NCBI GenBank assembly: GCA_019637895.1
Contig: JAHBUU010000001.1
Coordinates: 1 to 58,871 of the forward strand
DNA length: 58,871 nt
Origin: Pseudobdellovibrionaceae bacterium
GTDB taxonomy: Bacteria > Bdellovibrionota > Bdellovibrionia > Bdellovibrionales > Bdellovibrionaceae
Reading direction: 5' to 3'
In this document: positions 8,131 to 18,542 of the stretch, in pieces
Numbering within the stretch: position 1 is the first letter of the stretch
Layout of the letters: the number at the start of each line of letters is the position of its first letter
The notes under the pieces: generated by a model
What the model was told of the DNA's origin: nothing
Seen by the model: the letters and a program-made list of their open reading frames with translations, nothing else
Database searches by the model: none
Made by a program: the position numbers and the translations under genes

Positions 8131-8880
8131 ATGTCGATCAAATCAGAAAAAGATCTCGAAGGGCTTCGGAAAATCGGTCGTATCGTGGCGCGATGCCTGC
8201 AGCTCATGCAATCGAAGCTCGAGCCCGGAATGACAACCGCTGAACTGGATGCCATCGGCGGGCAGTTTTTGGCCTCGCATGGAGCCCGATCGGCGCCGCA
8301 GCTGACTTATAACTTCCCTGGTTTCACTTGTATCAGCGTCAACGAAGAAGCGGCCCACGGCATTCCCGGCAGCCGAGTTTTACAGGCCGGAGATCTGGTG
8401 AACATCGACGTTTCGGCTGAGCTGGACGGCTACTTTGCCGACACCGGTGGCTCTGCGGTCATTCCTCCGGAATCGAAGCTCTATCTGCAAATCTGTGCTG
8501 TCGCGAAACAAGCCCTCGAAAATGCCATGCTGGAAGCGCGAGCCGGAGCCAAGCTGAACCGCATCGGTTTTGCCATCGAGGCCGAAGCCGTCAAAAATGG
8601 ACTCACCGTCATCGAAAATCTGGGAAGCCACGGCGTCGGTCGCGCTCTGCACGAAGAGCCGGGCTTTATCCCCGGTTATTATGACAAACGCGACAAGCGA
8701 GTTTTGCGGGAAAATCAGGTCATCACAATCGAGCCTTTTATTTCGTCCGGCGCCCGTGAAGTCTTTGAAAATGGCGACGGTTGGACTCTGATGACAAGCC
8801 CCGGAGTCTTCACCGCTCAATACGAGCACACGATGGTGATCACCAAAGGCAAACCGCTCATCATGACACTGCCGAACTGA
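8131..8880 (+). CDS. map: methionine aminopeptidase, type I
   Basis: Full-length match to the MetAP-I pattern: 'CISVNEEAAHGIP', 'GDLVNIDVSAELDGYFADTG', 'GHGVGRALHEEP', 'ITIEPF', 'QYEHTMVIT'. Confidence 0.95.
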   Translation: MSIKSEKDLEGLRKIGRIVARCLQLMQSKLEPGMTTAELDAIGGQFLASHGARSAPQLTYNFPGFTCISVNEEAAHGIPGSRVLQAGDLVNIDVSAELDGYFADTGGSAVIPPESKLYLQICAVAKQALENAMLEARAGAKLNRIGFAIEAEAVKNGLTVIENLGSHGVGRALHEEPGFIPGYYDKRDKRVLRENQVITIEPFISSGAREVFENGDGWTLMTSPGVFTAQYEHTMVITKGKPLIMTLPN

Positions 8881-8895
8881 GCGCTTGCGAACCGC

Positions 8896-10663
8896 TCACT
8901 CGGAGATGCCAATATTCAGTTTCGCAAAATAACGCCGACCGGGTTCACCATATCCATAGTCATTGCCTAAGACATGGTTCCCGACGTTTTCGACCACGAA
9001 GCCCACCGAGGCCTCCTTGAGGATTTGTCGCGGGATCTTATAAGAGCTTCCGAGATTCCAAAGAAGATACTCGGCCAACTGCTGATTGATCCCTCCGCTC
9101 TCGACCGTTCGTCGCCCATGATAGCTGAGCGTCGAGTGAAAACCGAGCCGGTCGGAAAAGTCCCATTCTCCGGTCAGATTGGAAATCATTCGGGGAGTAT
9201 TGGTCAAAATGCGATCCTCGGTCAGATTGCGGGCTTCGGTGTAGGTGAGGTTCCCTTTCAGCAGAAACATTTCCGTCAGCCGATAAGAAGCGCCGCCTTC
9301 GATCCCCTGAGTTCTCGCCCCATCAATGTTCTTCAAGAGGCGATACCGATCCGTTCCAATGGTTTCAAAATAGGTCGTGATCATGTCATCGAGATCTGCT
9401 CGGAACACCGTCAGATTCAAACCCGTGCGTTCCGTCTTGAAGTAAAGACCCGCTTCGTAGCTGACGCTTTTTTCCGGCGACAAATCGGAGTTTCCGATCA
9501 TCGTGCAGGCCCCTTGGCAGCTAGGAAGATGAAAGTTCGGATCCATTTCCAAAAGTCCCGGAGGCTTGTAACCCGTCCCCACGCCGGTTTTGAGCGTCAA
9601 GTCGGAGCTGAGCTGGCTGGTCAAATAGGCGCGTGGGCTCAGATGAGACCCAAAGCTGTCGTGTTTCGTTTGTCGAAGGCCTAAAGTCAGAACCGAGTCA
9701 GCCGTGACAGAAATCGAATCCTCGATAAAGACCGCTAGTTGGCTTGCTTTGGTTTCCCCCGTCGTCAGTTGAGCCTGATTCCGCAAAACGTTTTTTTCTG
9801 CGTCGATGCCGGCGACGATGAAGTGGCTCTCGCCGATCGCCCGTTGCAACTGCGCCTGTGCGGTTTCGGTCCCTAAGCGAGCCTTCGCTCCGTCCTCGTA
9901 ATCATAAAAGTCTCCGGAAACTCGAAGTGTCGTCTTGGTGTTTTCCCAGATCCCCTTGTGTTGGGCATCGAAATGATCACGTTTGATTTTTGTCGTCCGT
10001 GGTGTCCCTCGGGACAGCATTTCTTTTTTTTGAAAATTTCGCCCGAGATTCAACCCCAGCTCCTGGCCCGGACTGACCTTCCAACTGAGTTCGCCATCAT
10101 AAGAGGAATCATCGCGCCCATCATATTGACGGGAATCACTGGCCGCAAATTCAGGACGTGGTTTTTGCAGACTGCGTCCGGTGAGTTTCAAACCCAACTG
10201 ATCCCGCTTCAAAGGACCACTCACAGAAAACTGAGTCTGGTGCTGCGTCTTTGATTCTTTCGATGTCCTGCGGGGAAATCCAAGACAGATCGGCATCGTC
10301 ATTTTGACGAACAGACAGCGAGCGCGAGGTCAGGCGCCTCCCATCGACAAGAATCAGGGCATAGCTGGAATCAAATCCCCTCAGACTCACTCCCCGGTTT
10401 GTTCCCCCGATGAGCATGACGCCATCTGCGTAGCGCAGGACATCCGCCACCGTGCTGACCGTCTGTTTTTCGATTTCCTCATGGGTGATGATCGAAATAC
10501 TTGCCGGAGCCTGCTGGATATCCTGCTCGATCAGAGAGGCCGATTCGACCCGGATCACTCCGAGAACGGTCTCTTCGGTACCCGTCGAAGGCTCCGCAAA
10601 AGTGGCCGAGGAAAAAACAAGAAGAAATGTTGCTGCAAAAAACCGCGTCATGAGGAGACTCAT
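8896..10663 (-). pseudogene. TonB-dependent receptor, disrupted (frameshift plus loss of the conserved plug-barrel junction)
   Basis: The N-terminal ORF (to 10151) has a signal peptide and plug ('VSLRGFDSSYALILVDGRRL', 'DLSWISPQDIERIK'). The beta-barrel ORF (8896-10302) is in another frame. The frames switch around 10240-10260. The usual 'IEV.RGP.S.LYGS.A.GGVINIITK' segment is absent in both frames. The start codon is uncertain (10651, 10663 or 10675). Confidence 0.6.
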
Positions 10664-10790
10664 GACCGAGGCCATATCGAAATCCCCATCTCCAGGCAAT
10701 GCGATGTCTGAACACAGAGGCAGTTGAAAGCAATTTAAAAACGAGGACCACCGAACTGCAAGTCAAATGAGTTTCCGTGAAAGCCTCGGA

Positions 10791-11237
10791 CTAAATCGAT
10801 CCTTCCGGATGATCTTGGCACCACATTCGAACACCGTGAGCAGAAGCGATCCAGCCCAGAATTTTTCCATCCTGGTCCATCAACTTCCAGAGTTCAACGG
10901 CCCAACGATTGCTGCCATCGACGAAGATATTTTGAAACAACGCCACCTGATCCGCTCGCAGGCCGGAATCCCGGTGTCGATTCACCTCGTCCAGCAAATG
11001 AGGCAAGCTCGTCGGAGGCGTGGTCACTTCGCCTGCCGTCGTCCAGGGGGACGTGTACAGGGGCAATGCTCCAAGAGTGTAGACACTCCCTAACTTGCCA
11101 TTTTCATCCTGGAAAAGCCGAGCATAAAATCGGGGGAAAGTTGTCGAGTGTCCGTGACATTCCACGAGGGTCCGAGGAGCGGCTTCGGCCAGACCGAGTC
11201 CCAGCAAAAAAACGAAAAAAACCAACAATGTCCTCAT
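10791..11237 (-). CDS. secreted hypothetical protein
   Basis: The internal ATG at 11237 has SD GAGGGA upstream. Signal peptide 'MRTLLVFFVFLLGLGLAEA'. No motif recognised. Confidence 0.5.
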   Translation of the reverse strand: MRTLLVFFVFLLGLGLAEAAPRTLVECHGHSTTFPRFYARLFQDENGKLGSVYTLGALPLYTSPWTTAGEVTTPPTSLPHLLDEVNRHRDSGLRADQVALFQNIFVDGSNRWAVELWKLMDQDGKILGWIASAHGVRMWCQDHPEGSI

Positions 11238-11262
11238 TGATCCCTCTGTTTGCGATCTCGTC

Positions 11263-11736
11263 TTAAAGCAGACGGAGAAAGAAGCCATCCACCACGATAA
11301 TCAGCGCCACGGTCCACCCCAACATCAGCACCAGCAGAACCCAAAGATCCCACTTGGACGGAGGATCGCGCCGTTTCATCTCGACGAAATTCAAGGTCGC
11401 TACAAAATTAAAGACCAAGGGGAGCAAGAAGCCAAGAAGACTGAAGATGACCACTCGCTTCCGATAGTTCTTTCGAGCCGGAAGATCGTCAGCAGAGGTT
11501 TCAGCGCCCTCCCCATCGGCCAAAAACTCGTCCAAAACATGTTTGGCGGAAATAAAGTCGCGTTCGGAAATATACAGATCCGCTCTGTCCTGAACTCCAC
11601 CCAGAACGAGCGTGGTGTACTCCCTCGGCTGAGAGACCACTCGTGCTTCGATGCCTTTTCGTTCGAGCTGTTCTTTGACGGCCAAGGCCATCCAACCCTG
11701 CTCGAAACGATGCAATTTCTTTTCGGCCATGCTCAT
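11263..11736 (-). CDS. hypothetical membrane protein (soluble N-terminal domain + 2 C-terminal TM helices)
   Basis: The ORF has protein-like composition. The N-terminal ~70 aa are reminiscent of small DUF2007-type domains. TM segments 'VVIFSLLGFLLPLVFNFVATL' and 'LWVLLVLMLGWTVALIIVV'. Confidence 0.45.
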   Translation of the reverse strand: MSMAEKKLHRFEQGWMALAVKEQLERKGIEARVVSQPREYTTLVLGGVQDRADLYISERDFISAKHVLDEFLADGEGAETSADDLPARKNYRKRVVIFSLLGFLLPLVFNFVATLNFVEMKRRDPPSKWDLWVLLVLMLGWTVALIIVVDGFFLRLL

Positions 11737-11807
11737 CGGTAACGAGAAGAACCTGGACTGTCAATGAACGGTTTTCTTGCATAGACTAGGAGCCCTAGAG
11801 AGGCTTC

Positions 11808-12782
11808 ATGTTTGGACATCTTCAAGAACTCGATCAACTCCAACAGCTCCTTGAACGGTTCCCTCTTCCGAATCTGCAAACTCGGACCTTGGCCACCGTC
11901 GAAACAGCAAAAAAAACCTATCCAATTCTGGGACTGACTCTTGGCAACCCCGATCCCTCGGCGCCCACTCTTTTTCTTGTCGGTGGCGTTCATGGTTTGG
12001 AAAAAATCGGTTCACAGGTTTTGATTGCCTATCTGGCGGTTCTTTTCCGCCAGCTCACTTGGGACGAACACCTGCAGGAACTTTTTAAAAAAGTTCGCAT
12101 CTGCACGATTCCGATCTTGAACCCCGGCGGAATGGCCCACTCTCGTCGAAGCAACCCGAACGGTGTCGATTTGATGAGAAACGCTCCCGTCGAGAGCCTC
12201 TCATCGAATCGTCCTTGGCTGATCGGTGGCCAGCGTCTGAGTCCCCGACTGCCGTGGTATCGCGGACCCGAGGGCGCGCCGCTTGAACGGGAAGCGCAAA
12301 CCCTGATCGACTTCGCCAAGGAAAACTGCCTAACGGCAAAGACCTGCTTGGCCATCGATTTTCACTCCGGCTTCGGGATGAGGGACCGATTGTGGTACCC
12401 CTACGCAAAAACTCAGGAGCCTTTCCCGAAACTCAAAGAGGCGATGGCACTGAAAACGCTTCTTGATCTGACCTATGCCCATCATGTCTACAAGATCGAA
12501 TCCCAGTCTGACAGCTACACCACTCACGGAGATCTCTGGGACTATCTGTTTGAAATTCACGAAAGCTCGCCACTTTATCGAGATCATCTGTTCCTGCCCT
12601 GGACACTCGAGATGGGCTCTTGGACATGGCTGAAAAAAAATCCACTTCAGATTCTCAGCCCGCACGGACTGTTCCACCCGATGAAGCTGCACCGTTATTC
12701 ACGGGTCATGCGTCGGCACATTCTGCTGATCGATTTTTTCCTGAAGGCCACCGCCCATAGCTCCAGCTGGAGCCCTCGATGA
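11808..12782 (+). CDS. M14-family zinc carboxypeptidase-like protein (DUF2817-like)
   Basis: Zn ligands 'GGVHGLEKIG' (HxxE) and 'AIDFHSGFG' (distal His), plus 'IPILNPGGMAHSRRSNPNGVDLMRN'. Confidence 0.7.
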   Translation: MFGHLQELDQLQQLLERFPLPNLQTRTLATVETAKKTYPILGLTLGNPDPSAPTLFLVGGVHGLEKIGSQVLIAYLAVLFRQLTWDEHLQELFKKVRICTIPILNPGGMAHSRRSNPNGVDLMRNAPVESLSSNRPWLIGGQRLSPRLPWYRGPEGAPLEREAQTLIDFAKENCLTAKTCLAIDFHSGFGMRDRLWYPYAKTQEPFPKLKEAMALKTLLDLTYAHHVYKIESQSDSYTTHGDLWDYLFEIHESSPLYRDHLFLPWTLEMGSWTWLKKNPLQILSPHGLFHPMKLHRYSRVMRRHILLIDFFLKATAHSSSWSPR

Positions 12783-13537
12783 CGAACTGGGTTTTCATCC
12801 GCGGCCTCGGTCGACAGAAAACCCACTGGAAAGGCTTTCCGGAAAAACTCCAGGCCCGACTCGGAGGAGACATCCACTGTCTCGATCTCCCCGGCGTCGG
12901 CGAAAAATCCCCATTGAAATCTCCGCTCAGAATCTCGGAGTATTCAGAGAATCTCCATCAAGAACTCAGCTCCCTCAAATCGAAAGCGGATCCCCAAACC
13001 CCGTGGGCACTGGTTGCGGTGAGCCTCGGCGGCATGGTCGGTTTGGATTGGGTCTCGCGGTTCCCATCGGACTTTCAAACTCTTGTCACGATCAATACCA
13101 GCTCGAAGGACCTGAGCCCTCTTTTTCACCGCCTGCAACCTCGGGCTTTAAAAACGGTCCTGCGACTTTTCTGGAGCAATGACATTCGCGCTCGGGAAAA
13201 AGCGATTCTCGAGCTCACTACCAATCTGGTCACAATCGATGAGGAGCTGCTTGATCTCTGGGTTTCTTTCGATCGGCAATATCCCCTGACACGACCAGTT
13301 TTTCTGCGGCAGCTGCTGGCCGCCACTGGATTTCGCCTGCCGCCCTCGCTCCCCACGCGAACCCTGGTGTTGGCTTCGGAGCAAGATCACTTGGCTCACC
13401 CCCAATGTTCACGAGCCCTGGCCCGGCACTTTCAAACCGAATTGGCCGTGCACCCCACGGCCGGTCACGACCTGGTCTTGGATGCTCCCGAATGGGCGAT
13501 CGATCAGCTCGAAAAATTTATGATGTCGAAGAAATGA
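12779..13537 (+). CDS. alpha/beta-fold hydrolase
   Basis: 'WVFIRGLGRQKTHW', nucleophile elbow 'AVSLGGMVG', C-terminal 'HPTAGHDLVLD' (catalytic His region). The start overlaps the upstream stop (ATGA). Confidence 0.75.
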   Translation: MTNWVFIRGLGRQKTHWKGFPEKLQARLGGDIHCLDLPGVGEKSPLKSPLRISEYSENLHQELSSLKSKADPQTPWALVAVSLGGMVGLDWVSRFPSDFQTLVTINTSSKDLSPLFHRLQPRALKTVLRLFWSNDIRAREKAILELTTNLVTIDEELLDLWVSFDRQYPLTRPVFLRQLLAATGFRLPPSLPTRTLVLASEQDHLAHPQCSRALARHFQTELAVHPTAGHDLVLDAPEWAIDQLEKFMMSKK

Positions 13538-15539
13538 ACGCCGCCAACGTCCGATAGAAAAGGCGCGCATCGATCGGCTTTGTTAGGTACTCATTGCATC
13601 CCACCCGCAAGCAACGTTCCCTGTCCTCTTTCATCGCATGAGCGGTCAGTGCAATGATGGGCACCGAATACCCCCGTCGCCTCAGCTCCTCGGTCGCCGC
13701 ATAGCCGTCCACCACGGGCATCTGCATGTCCATCAGCACCAGGTCATACCGATGGGCCAAGGCCTTTTCGATTCCCTCACGGCCATTGTTCGCAAAATCC
13801 AAGACCATGTTCTTGCGTCCCAAGAAAACCTTCACCAAAAGCTGATTGTCGATGGAGTCTTCAACCACCAAGACATGCTTCCCGCTGAGTTCCAGATAGT
13901 CTTCGTTCACGGGTGGGACCAGTTCGACAGGCTTTTGACCTGATCCTAGCTCGGGTTGATAAGGCAGGGTCAGAATGAAAACAGACCCCACTCCGGGCCG
14001 ACTGGATTCCAGTTGGATGTCTCCGCCCATGTACTGAGCCAATCGACGAGACAGCAAGAGCCCCAGACCTGTACCGCCGTACTTGCGACTCGCCGAATGA
14101 TCCAGCTGGGAAAAAGCTTTGAAAAGTTGACCGTGCTCTGACTCGTTGATTCCGATTCCGGTGTCACAAACACGGAAGAAAATCGTTTTGTCTTTTTGAC
14201 CGTAAAAAACCGTGACCGAACCTTCGTGAGTGAACTTCAGGGCATTTCCGACAAGATTGGTCAGGATCTGGCGCAAGCGAGTGCGATCGGAGGACAGCAG
14301 TTCCGAAATCTCCCCTTGCCTCCGAAACTCCAAGACGTTCTTTCCTCGATGCGCCAACAATTGCAGATTGGCATTCAATTCGTCGATAAACTCATTCAAC
14401 TCAAAGGTCGAACTGTGAATGTCCAGATGGCCCGCTTCGACTTTCGAAATATCGAGAATGTCATTGATGATTTGCTGCAGATTCTTTCCCGTCTGCTCGA
14501 TCACCGCGATGTATTTCTGACGGTCTTCTTCGGTCAGGTTGGGGTCCTTGAGCACCTCGACAAGCCCCAGAATCACGCCCATCGGAGTGCGAACCTCGTG
14601 ACTCATATTCGCCAGGAAAAGGCTTTTCACCTGGTTGGCGCTTTCCGCTTTTTCCTGGCGTCCAATGCTCGTCTGAAGATCTTCGATCATCTTGTTCAGG
14701 CTGTGGGCCATGCAGCCCAACTCATCCTGAGAACGAACGGGAACCCGTTGAGTGAAATCGCCGCCCCCCACCTTCATCGCTACATCGCGAACCTCACCGA
14801 TGCTGCGTCGGAAGTACCGGCTCAGCCCATAAATCAGAACAATCCCGGTCCCACCCACCAAACCCACGGCCGCGATCAGAAGAATCATCATGATCTTCTC
14901 AAGGGCGCGAGCCCCATCCGTCATTCGCTTGGTGAAACCGGCTTGCAGGCCGGAAAACTCCTGATTGAGCTCTCCGATCCTCTCGATGGAAGCAGCAATG
15001 ACCGCCTCTCTCGGAGACGACGACTCGATTTCCCGATGCAGGGTCTCTCCCTCGGCGAGGACCTCCTCGTACATGCGATCCGATTTTCTCCAGAGGTCGG
15101 CGCTGCTCTCCATATGGGGAAGACCTCGCACGAAGCGAATCAGTCGGATGATATTCGGAATATCCGATGGAGGAAGACCGGCCTCGGTAAAGGCCGCCGT
15201 GACGATCTTGATTTTTTCGGTGCAGGTGCGGATGTCCTCACAGGTTTCCATGGTCGTTCGCGCTCTTTTGAACCCCGCAGGGACCCGCGAGGCCTCTAAA
15301 AAATCCTGATAGTGCTTTTCCTCCCGAACGACCGAGTAAGTGTACAGGCTCAGGGTGGCGTTTTTCTGGGCAATGCTCCAATGACCGGCCAATCCGACAA
15401 AGGATCGAAGTGCTGACAAGGTGGTGAACGAAAAGTGCAACGCGAACAGCTCGACCGTGATCAACAAGATCAAAACGCCCACCAGGGTGGACAGTTTTTT
15501 GGCAATCGAAATGTCCTTCATCCAATGGATCATCTTCAC
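13518..15539 (-). CDS. hybrid sensor histidine kinase / response regulator
   Basis: Two TM helices flank a ~190-aa sensor domain, followed by a HAMP-like domain. H-box 'FLANMSHEVRTPMGVILG', N/G boxes 'LTNLVGNALKFT', 'DTGIGI', 'GTGLGLLLS'. C-terminal receiver 'VLVVEDSIDN...DLVLMDMQMPVVDG...TAHAM...KP'. Confidence 0.9.
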   Translation of the reverse strand: MKMIHWMKDISIAKKLSTLVGVLILLITVELFALHFSFTTLSALRSFVGLAGHWSIAQKNATLSLYTYSVVREEKHYQDFLEASRVPAGFKRARTTMETCEDIRTCTEKIKIVTAAFTEAGLPPSDIPNIIRLIRFVRGLPHMESSADLWRKSDRMYEEVLAEGETLHREIESSSPREAVIAASIERIGELNQEFSGLQAGFTKRMTDGARALEKIMMILLIAAVGLVGGTGIVLIYGLSRYFRRSIGEVRDVAMKVGGGDFTQRVPVRSQDELGCMAHSLNKMIEDLQTSIGRQEKAESANQVKSLFLANMSHEVRTPMGVILGLVEVLKDPNLTEEDRQKYIAVIEQTGKNLQQIINDILDISKVEAGHLDIHSSTFELNEFIDELNANLQLLAHRGKNVLEFRRQGEISELLSSDRTRLRQILTNLVGNALKFTHEGSVTVFYGQKDKTIFFRVCDTGIGINESEHGQLFKAFSQLDHSASRKYGGTGLGLLLSRRLAQYMGGDIQLESSRPGVGSVFILTLPYQPELGSGQKPVELVPPVNEDYLELSGKHVLVVEDSIDNQLLVKVFLGRKNMVLDFANNGREGIEKALAHRYDLVLMDMQMPVVDGYAATEELRRRGYSVPIIALTAHAMKEDRERCLRVGCNEYLTKPIDARLFYRTLAAFISSTS

Positions 15540-15828
15540 TCAAATCGGTTCTTTCACTAAATTCTAATGATTTACCCCAAAAGCCCTGCCGAGGAAAATT
15601 AAATTTCCTCACGTTCTCTCGCTTTCTTAGATTAAAATGCCTTAAGTCACTCTAACCCCGCCTGTTCCTTGCTCTCAGATGAGTTGACGAGTTCTTCATC
15701 GACTGGCTGCGCCACGTCATGAGGCATTCACTCAAGAAATCAGCCCTCTTCTTAGCCTCTCCGATTTGACAATGGACAGAGGCGGACATTTTGTTAAATT
15801 TCCACCTCCTTCTTTCCGGAGAAACAGC

Positions 15829-17706
15829 ATGTCCATTCACGAACTGAGCGAAGAGCAGATCCACACCATGTCCCTCAAAGAAAAGGACGAATGGTGGCTC
15901 AAAAATGTCTACAAGGGCGATATGCCCCAATTGAATCTGCGCTCGGCCCTCACGGGGATGCTGCTCGGGGGAATCTTGAGCCTGACCAATCTTTATGTCG
16001 GGATCAAAACCGGATGGACCCTGGGAGTCGGGATCTCGTCGGTCATCTTGTCTTTTGCTCTCTTTAAGCTCCTCGCTAAACTTCAAATCGGCAAGGAGAT
16101 GACCATTCTCGAAAACAATGCCATGCAGTCCATCGCGACGAGCGCGGGCTATATGACGGCTCCTCTGATGGCGTCTCTTCCGGCCTACATGATGGTGACC
16201 GGTGAAGTGATTCCGATGTGGCAAACCTTCTGGTGGATCGTTTGCTTGGCTCTGCTCGGAGTGCTTTTCGCCTTCCCTCTGAAGAAAAGATTTATCAACG
16301 ACGAGCAGCTCCCCTTCCCAGAAGGACGAGCGGCGGGAATCGTTCTGGACAGTCTTCACAGTGAGACCGGTCGCGATGGACTGTTCAAAGCCAAGATCCT
16401 GATAGCCGGAGCTGGGATCTCGGCCCTGATCGAAACCATGCGGAACGAATCCGTGATGGCCGCGATCAAAATGCGTTTTCTCAAGCTTCCCGATTACTGG
16501 GACGATATCGTCTATCGTTTTTACACACCGGCCATCTTGAGCACCCCACTGAAGGATCTGACCATTCAGGTGGACACCTCCATCGTGATGATGGGAACCG
16601 GCGGCCTGATGAACATGAAGACCGCCATGTCCCTGTTGCTGGGCGCGATTCTCAATTATGTCGTTCTGGCTCCGATCATGATCCAGCAAGGAGCCATCGC
16701 GGGCGCTGGGTTCAAAAACATCACCATGTGGTCGCTGTGGGCTGGGGCCGCGATGATGACCACCGCTTCTTTGACTTCGTTCTTTGCAAAGCCACAGATT
16801 TTTGTCGAAGCCTTCCGAAGTTTGTTTCGTAAAAACGAAAAAAAGAAAGAAGACCCCCTCCGGAAGATCGAGCTGCCGATGTGGGTTTCCCTGGTTGGGA
16901 TTCCAGTCATGGGTGCCCTCACCGTTTACCTGGGGCATGCCTGGTTTGGTGTGCACTACTGGCTGGGGCTCATCGCCATTCCGCTGGTCTTTGTCTTTAC
17001 GCTGATCGCGGTGACCTCGACGGGACTCACGGCGATCACGCCGGGAAGCGCGCTCGGAAAAATCACGCAGATCACTTATGCAGGCCTTGCTCCGGGCAAT
17101 ATTCCGACCAATATCATGACGGCGGGAATCACCTCCGAGGTCTCGCTGAATGCCAGCAACCTACTCATGGATATCAAGCCCGCCTATATGCTGGGCGGAA
17201 AACCGCGACACCAAGCACTCGGTCATATTCTGGGTGTCTTTGCGGGTGGCCTTGTTGCCGTTCCCGTTTTCTATGCCATCTTTCATGGGGATATTTCCCT
17301 ATTCACCTCGGACAAGTTGCCTCTGCCGGGCGCGACCATCTGGAAGGCCGTGGCTGAAGTTCTGATGCAGGGATTGAATGCCCTGCACCCGACGGCTCAA
17401 ATCGCGGTTTTTGCGGGCGCAGCGGTCGGGATCATTTGTGAAGTCCTCAATATCCGCACACGCGGAAAGTTCCCGATTTCCGGAGTGGGACTTGGGCTTG
17501 CTTTCGTTCTGCGCTTTACGGACTCTTTGTCCATGGCCATCGGTGCTCTGTTCTTTTGGCTGTGCCGACGCCAGCTCAAGAATCCTCAGTCCACGGCTTC
17601 GAGAGTCTTTGTCGACAACCAGGAAACGCTATGTGCGGGAATCATTGCGGGGGGCTCGATCATCGGGATTCTGTTGATCCTGCTCGAAAACGTCGTTCTG
17701 GCGTGA
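15829..17706 (+). CDS. OPT-family oligopeptide transporter
   Basis: ~625-aa polytopic protein. The N-terminus 'KDEWWLKNVYKGDMPQLNLRSALTGMLLGGILSLTNLYVGIKTGW' and 'FPEGRAAG' are typical of bacterial OPT transporters. The start is taken at the internal ATG 15829. Confidence 0.8.
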   Translation: MSIHELSEEQIHTMSLKEKDEWWLKNVYKGDMPQLNLRSALTGMLLGGILSLTNLYVGIKTGWTLGVGISSVILSFALFKLLAKLQIGKEMTILENNAMQSIATSAGYMTAPLMASLPAYMMVTGEVIPMWQTFWWIVCLALLGVLFAFPLKKRFINDEQLPFPEGRAAGIVLDSLHSETGRDGLFKAKILIAGAGISALIETMRNESVMAAIKMRFLKLPDYWDDIVYRFYTPAILSTPLKDLTIQVDTSIVMMGTGGLMNMKTAMSLLLGAILNYVVLAPIMIQQGAIAGAGFKNITMWSLWAGAAMMTTASLTSFFAKPQIFVEAFRSLFRKNEKKKEDPLRKIELPMWVSLVGIPVMGALTVYLGHAWFGVHYWLGLIAIPLVFVFTLIAVTSTGLTAITPGSALGKITQITYAGLAPGNIPTNIMTAGITSEVSLNASNLLMDIKPAYMLGGKPRHQALGHILGVFAGGLVAVPVFYAIFHGDISLFTSDKLPLPGATIWKAVAEVLMQGLNALHPTAQIAVFAGAAVGIICEVLNIRTRGKFPISGVGLGLAFVLRFTDSLSMAIGALFFWLCRRQLKNPQSTASRVFVDNQETLCAGIIAGGSIIGILLILLENVVLA

Positions 17707-18542
17707 CGCCTGTGAAACGCACGCGGTATCTGGCGGTTCAAGCGGCGAAGGATCTCCCCTCTCGCCGCCCCTCCGACAACAAAACCCGAGGTGGGAAAAC
17801 CCTCATTCGGGCGGGCTCGAAAACGATGCTTGGAGCCGCCATCTTAAGTGCCACCGCCGCGGCCCGAGTCGGGGCTGGCTATGTGTACCTGCTTCCTGCG
17901 GACAAAAACTTCCCCCATCAAAAGCATCCTGATTTTCTGACTCTCGGATCCCGCCGGGAAATCCCCGATGTTTCTTTCTCTTCCATCGCCATCGGACCCG
18001 GACTGCCATCCACGCCTCATCTGCAAAAAGAAATTCTTTGGCTCCTCAAGCACACCTCCTGCCCCGTGGTGGTCGATGCCGGGGCCTTGACGGCGCTGGC
18101 TTCGTTCAAAAAACCGGTTCTCTTACCGGACAACTGGATCCTCACTCCACACGAAGGCGAGCTGGGACGGCTCTTGTCCCTTTCCGGAAAGGACGTCAGA
18201 AAAGATCGTCTCGGTTCAGCGCTGAAAGCTCAGAAAAAATGGGGCGGCACTCTGCTCCTGAAAGGTTCGGGCACACTGATCGTCGCGGAAGGCAAAGTCA
18301 TCGAGATCACGACAGGAAATGCGGCCTTGGCAAAGGCTGGAACCGGGGATGTCCTCACGGGAATGATTGCGGGCTTTTTGGCTCAGGGGCTTTCTCCTCG
18401 ACAGGCCGCCTGCCTCGGTGCCTTCGTTCATGGCGCCATCGCTGATCATTGGATCAAAAACAAAAAGGATGTCTTGAGCCTCATGGCCTCCGACATCCTT
18501 GGTGAAATCCCGTTCGCCTTGGCGCGCCTTCGGCGGTCTTAA
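17703..18542 (+). CDS. nnrD: ADP-dependent NAD(P)H-hydrate dehydratase (YjeF C-terminal type)
   Basis: 'GAAILSATAAARVGAGYVYL', 'AIGPGL', 'VVDAGAL', 'LTPHEGELGRLL', 'LLLKGSGTLI', 'GNAALAKAGTGDVLTGMIAG', 'GAFVHG'. The GTG at 17703 overlaps the OPT stop (GTGA). Confidence 0.8.
   Translation: MTPVKRTRYLAVQAAKDLPSRRPSDNKTRGGKTLIRAGSKTMLGAAILSATAAARVGAGYVYLLPADKNFPHQKHPDFLTLGSRREIPDVSFSSIAIGPGLPSTPHLQKEILWLLKHTSCPVVVDAGALTALASFKKPVLLPDNWILTPHEGELGRLLSLSGKDVRKDRLGSALKAQKKWGGTLLLKGSGTLIVAEGKVIEITTGNAALAKAGTGDVLTGMIAGFLAQGLSPRQAACLGAFVHGAIADHWIKNKKDVLSLMASDILGEIPFALARLRRS

Noticed and set aside
13518-13537. 20-nt convergent overlap of the hydrolase and histidine kinase 3' ends
   Set aside because: This is a short 3' overlap of convergent genes. 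It is common and has no evident special structure.
15591-15610. GAGGAAA-attaaa-TTTCCTC dyad and a TTGACA hexamer (~15764) in the divergent HK/OPT intergenic region
   Set aside because: It could be an operator or promoter. However, I could not pair the -35-like hexamer with a credible -10 at proper spacing, and the dyad is short and AT-rich. The evidence is insufficient to call a feature.
14196-16956. 367-aa + ORF opposite the histidine kinase and 434-aa - ORF opposite the OPT transporter
   Set aside because: Both are antisense to genes with clear family motifs. Their composition is not protein-like (His/Arg/Gly/Gln runs).
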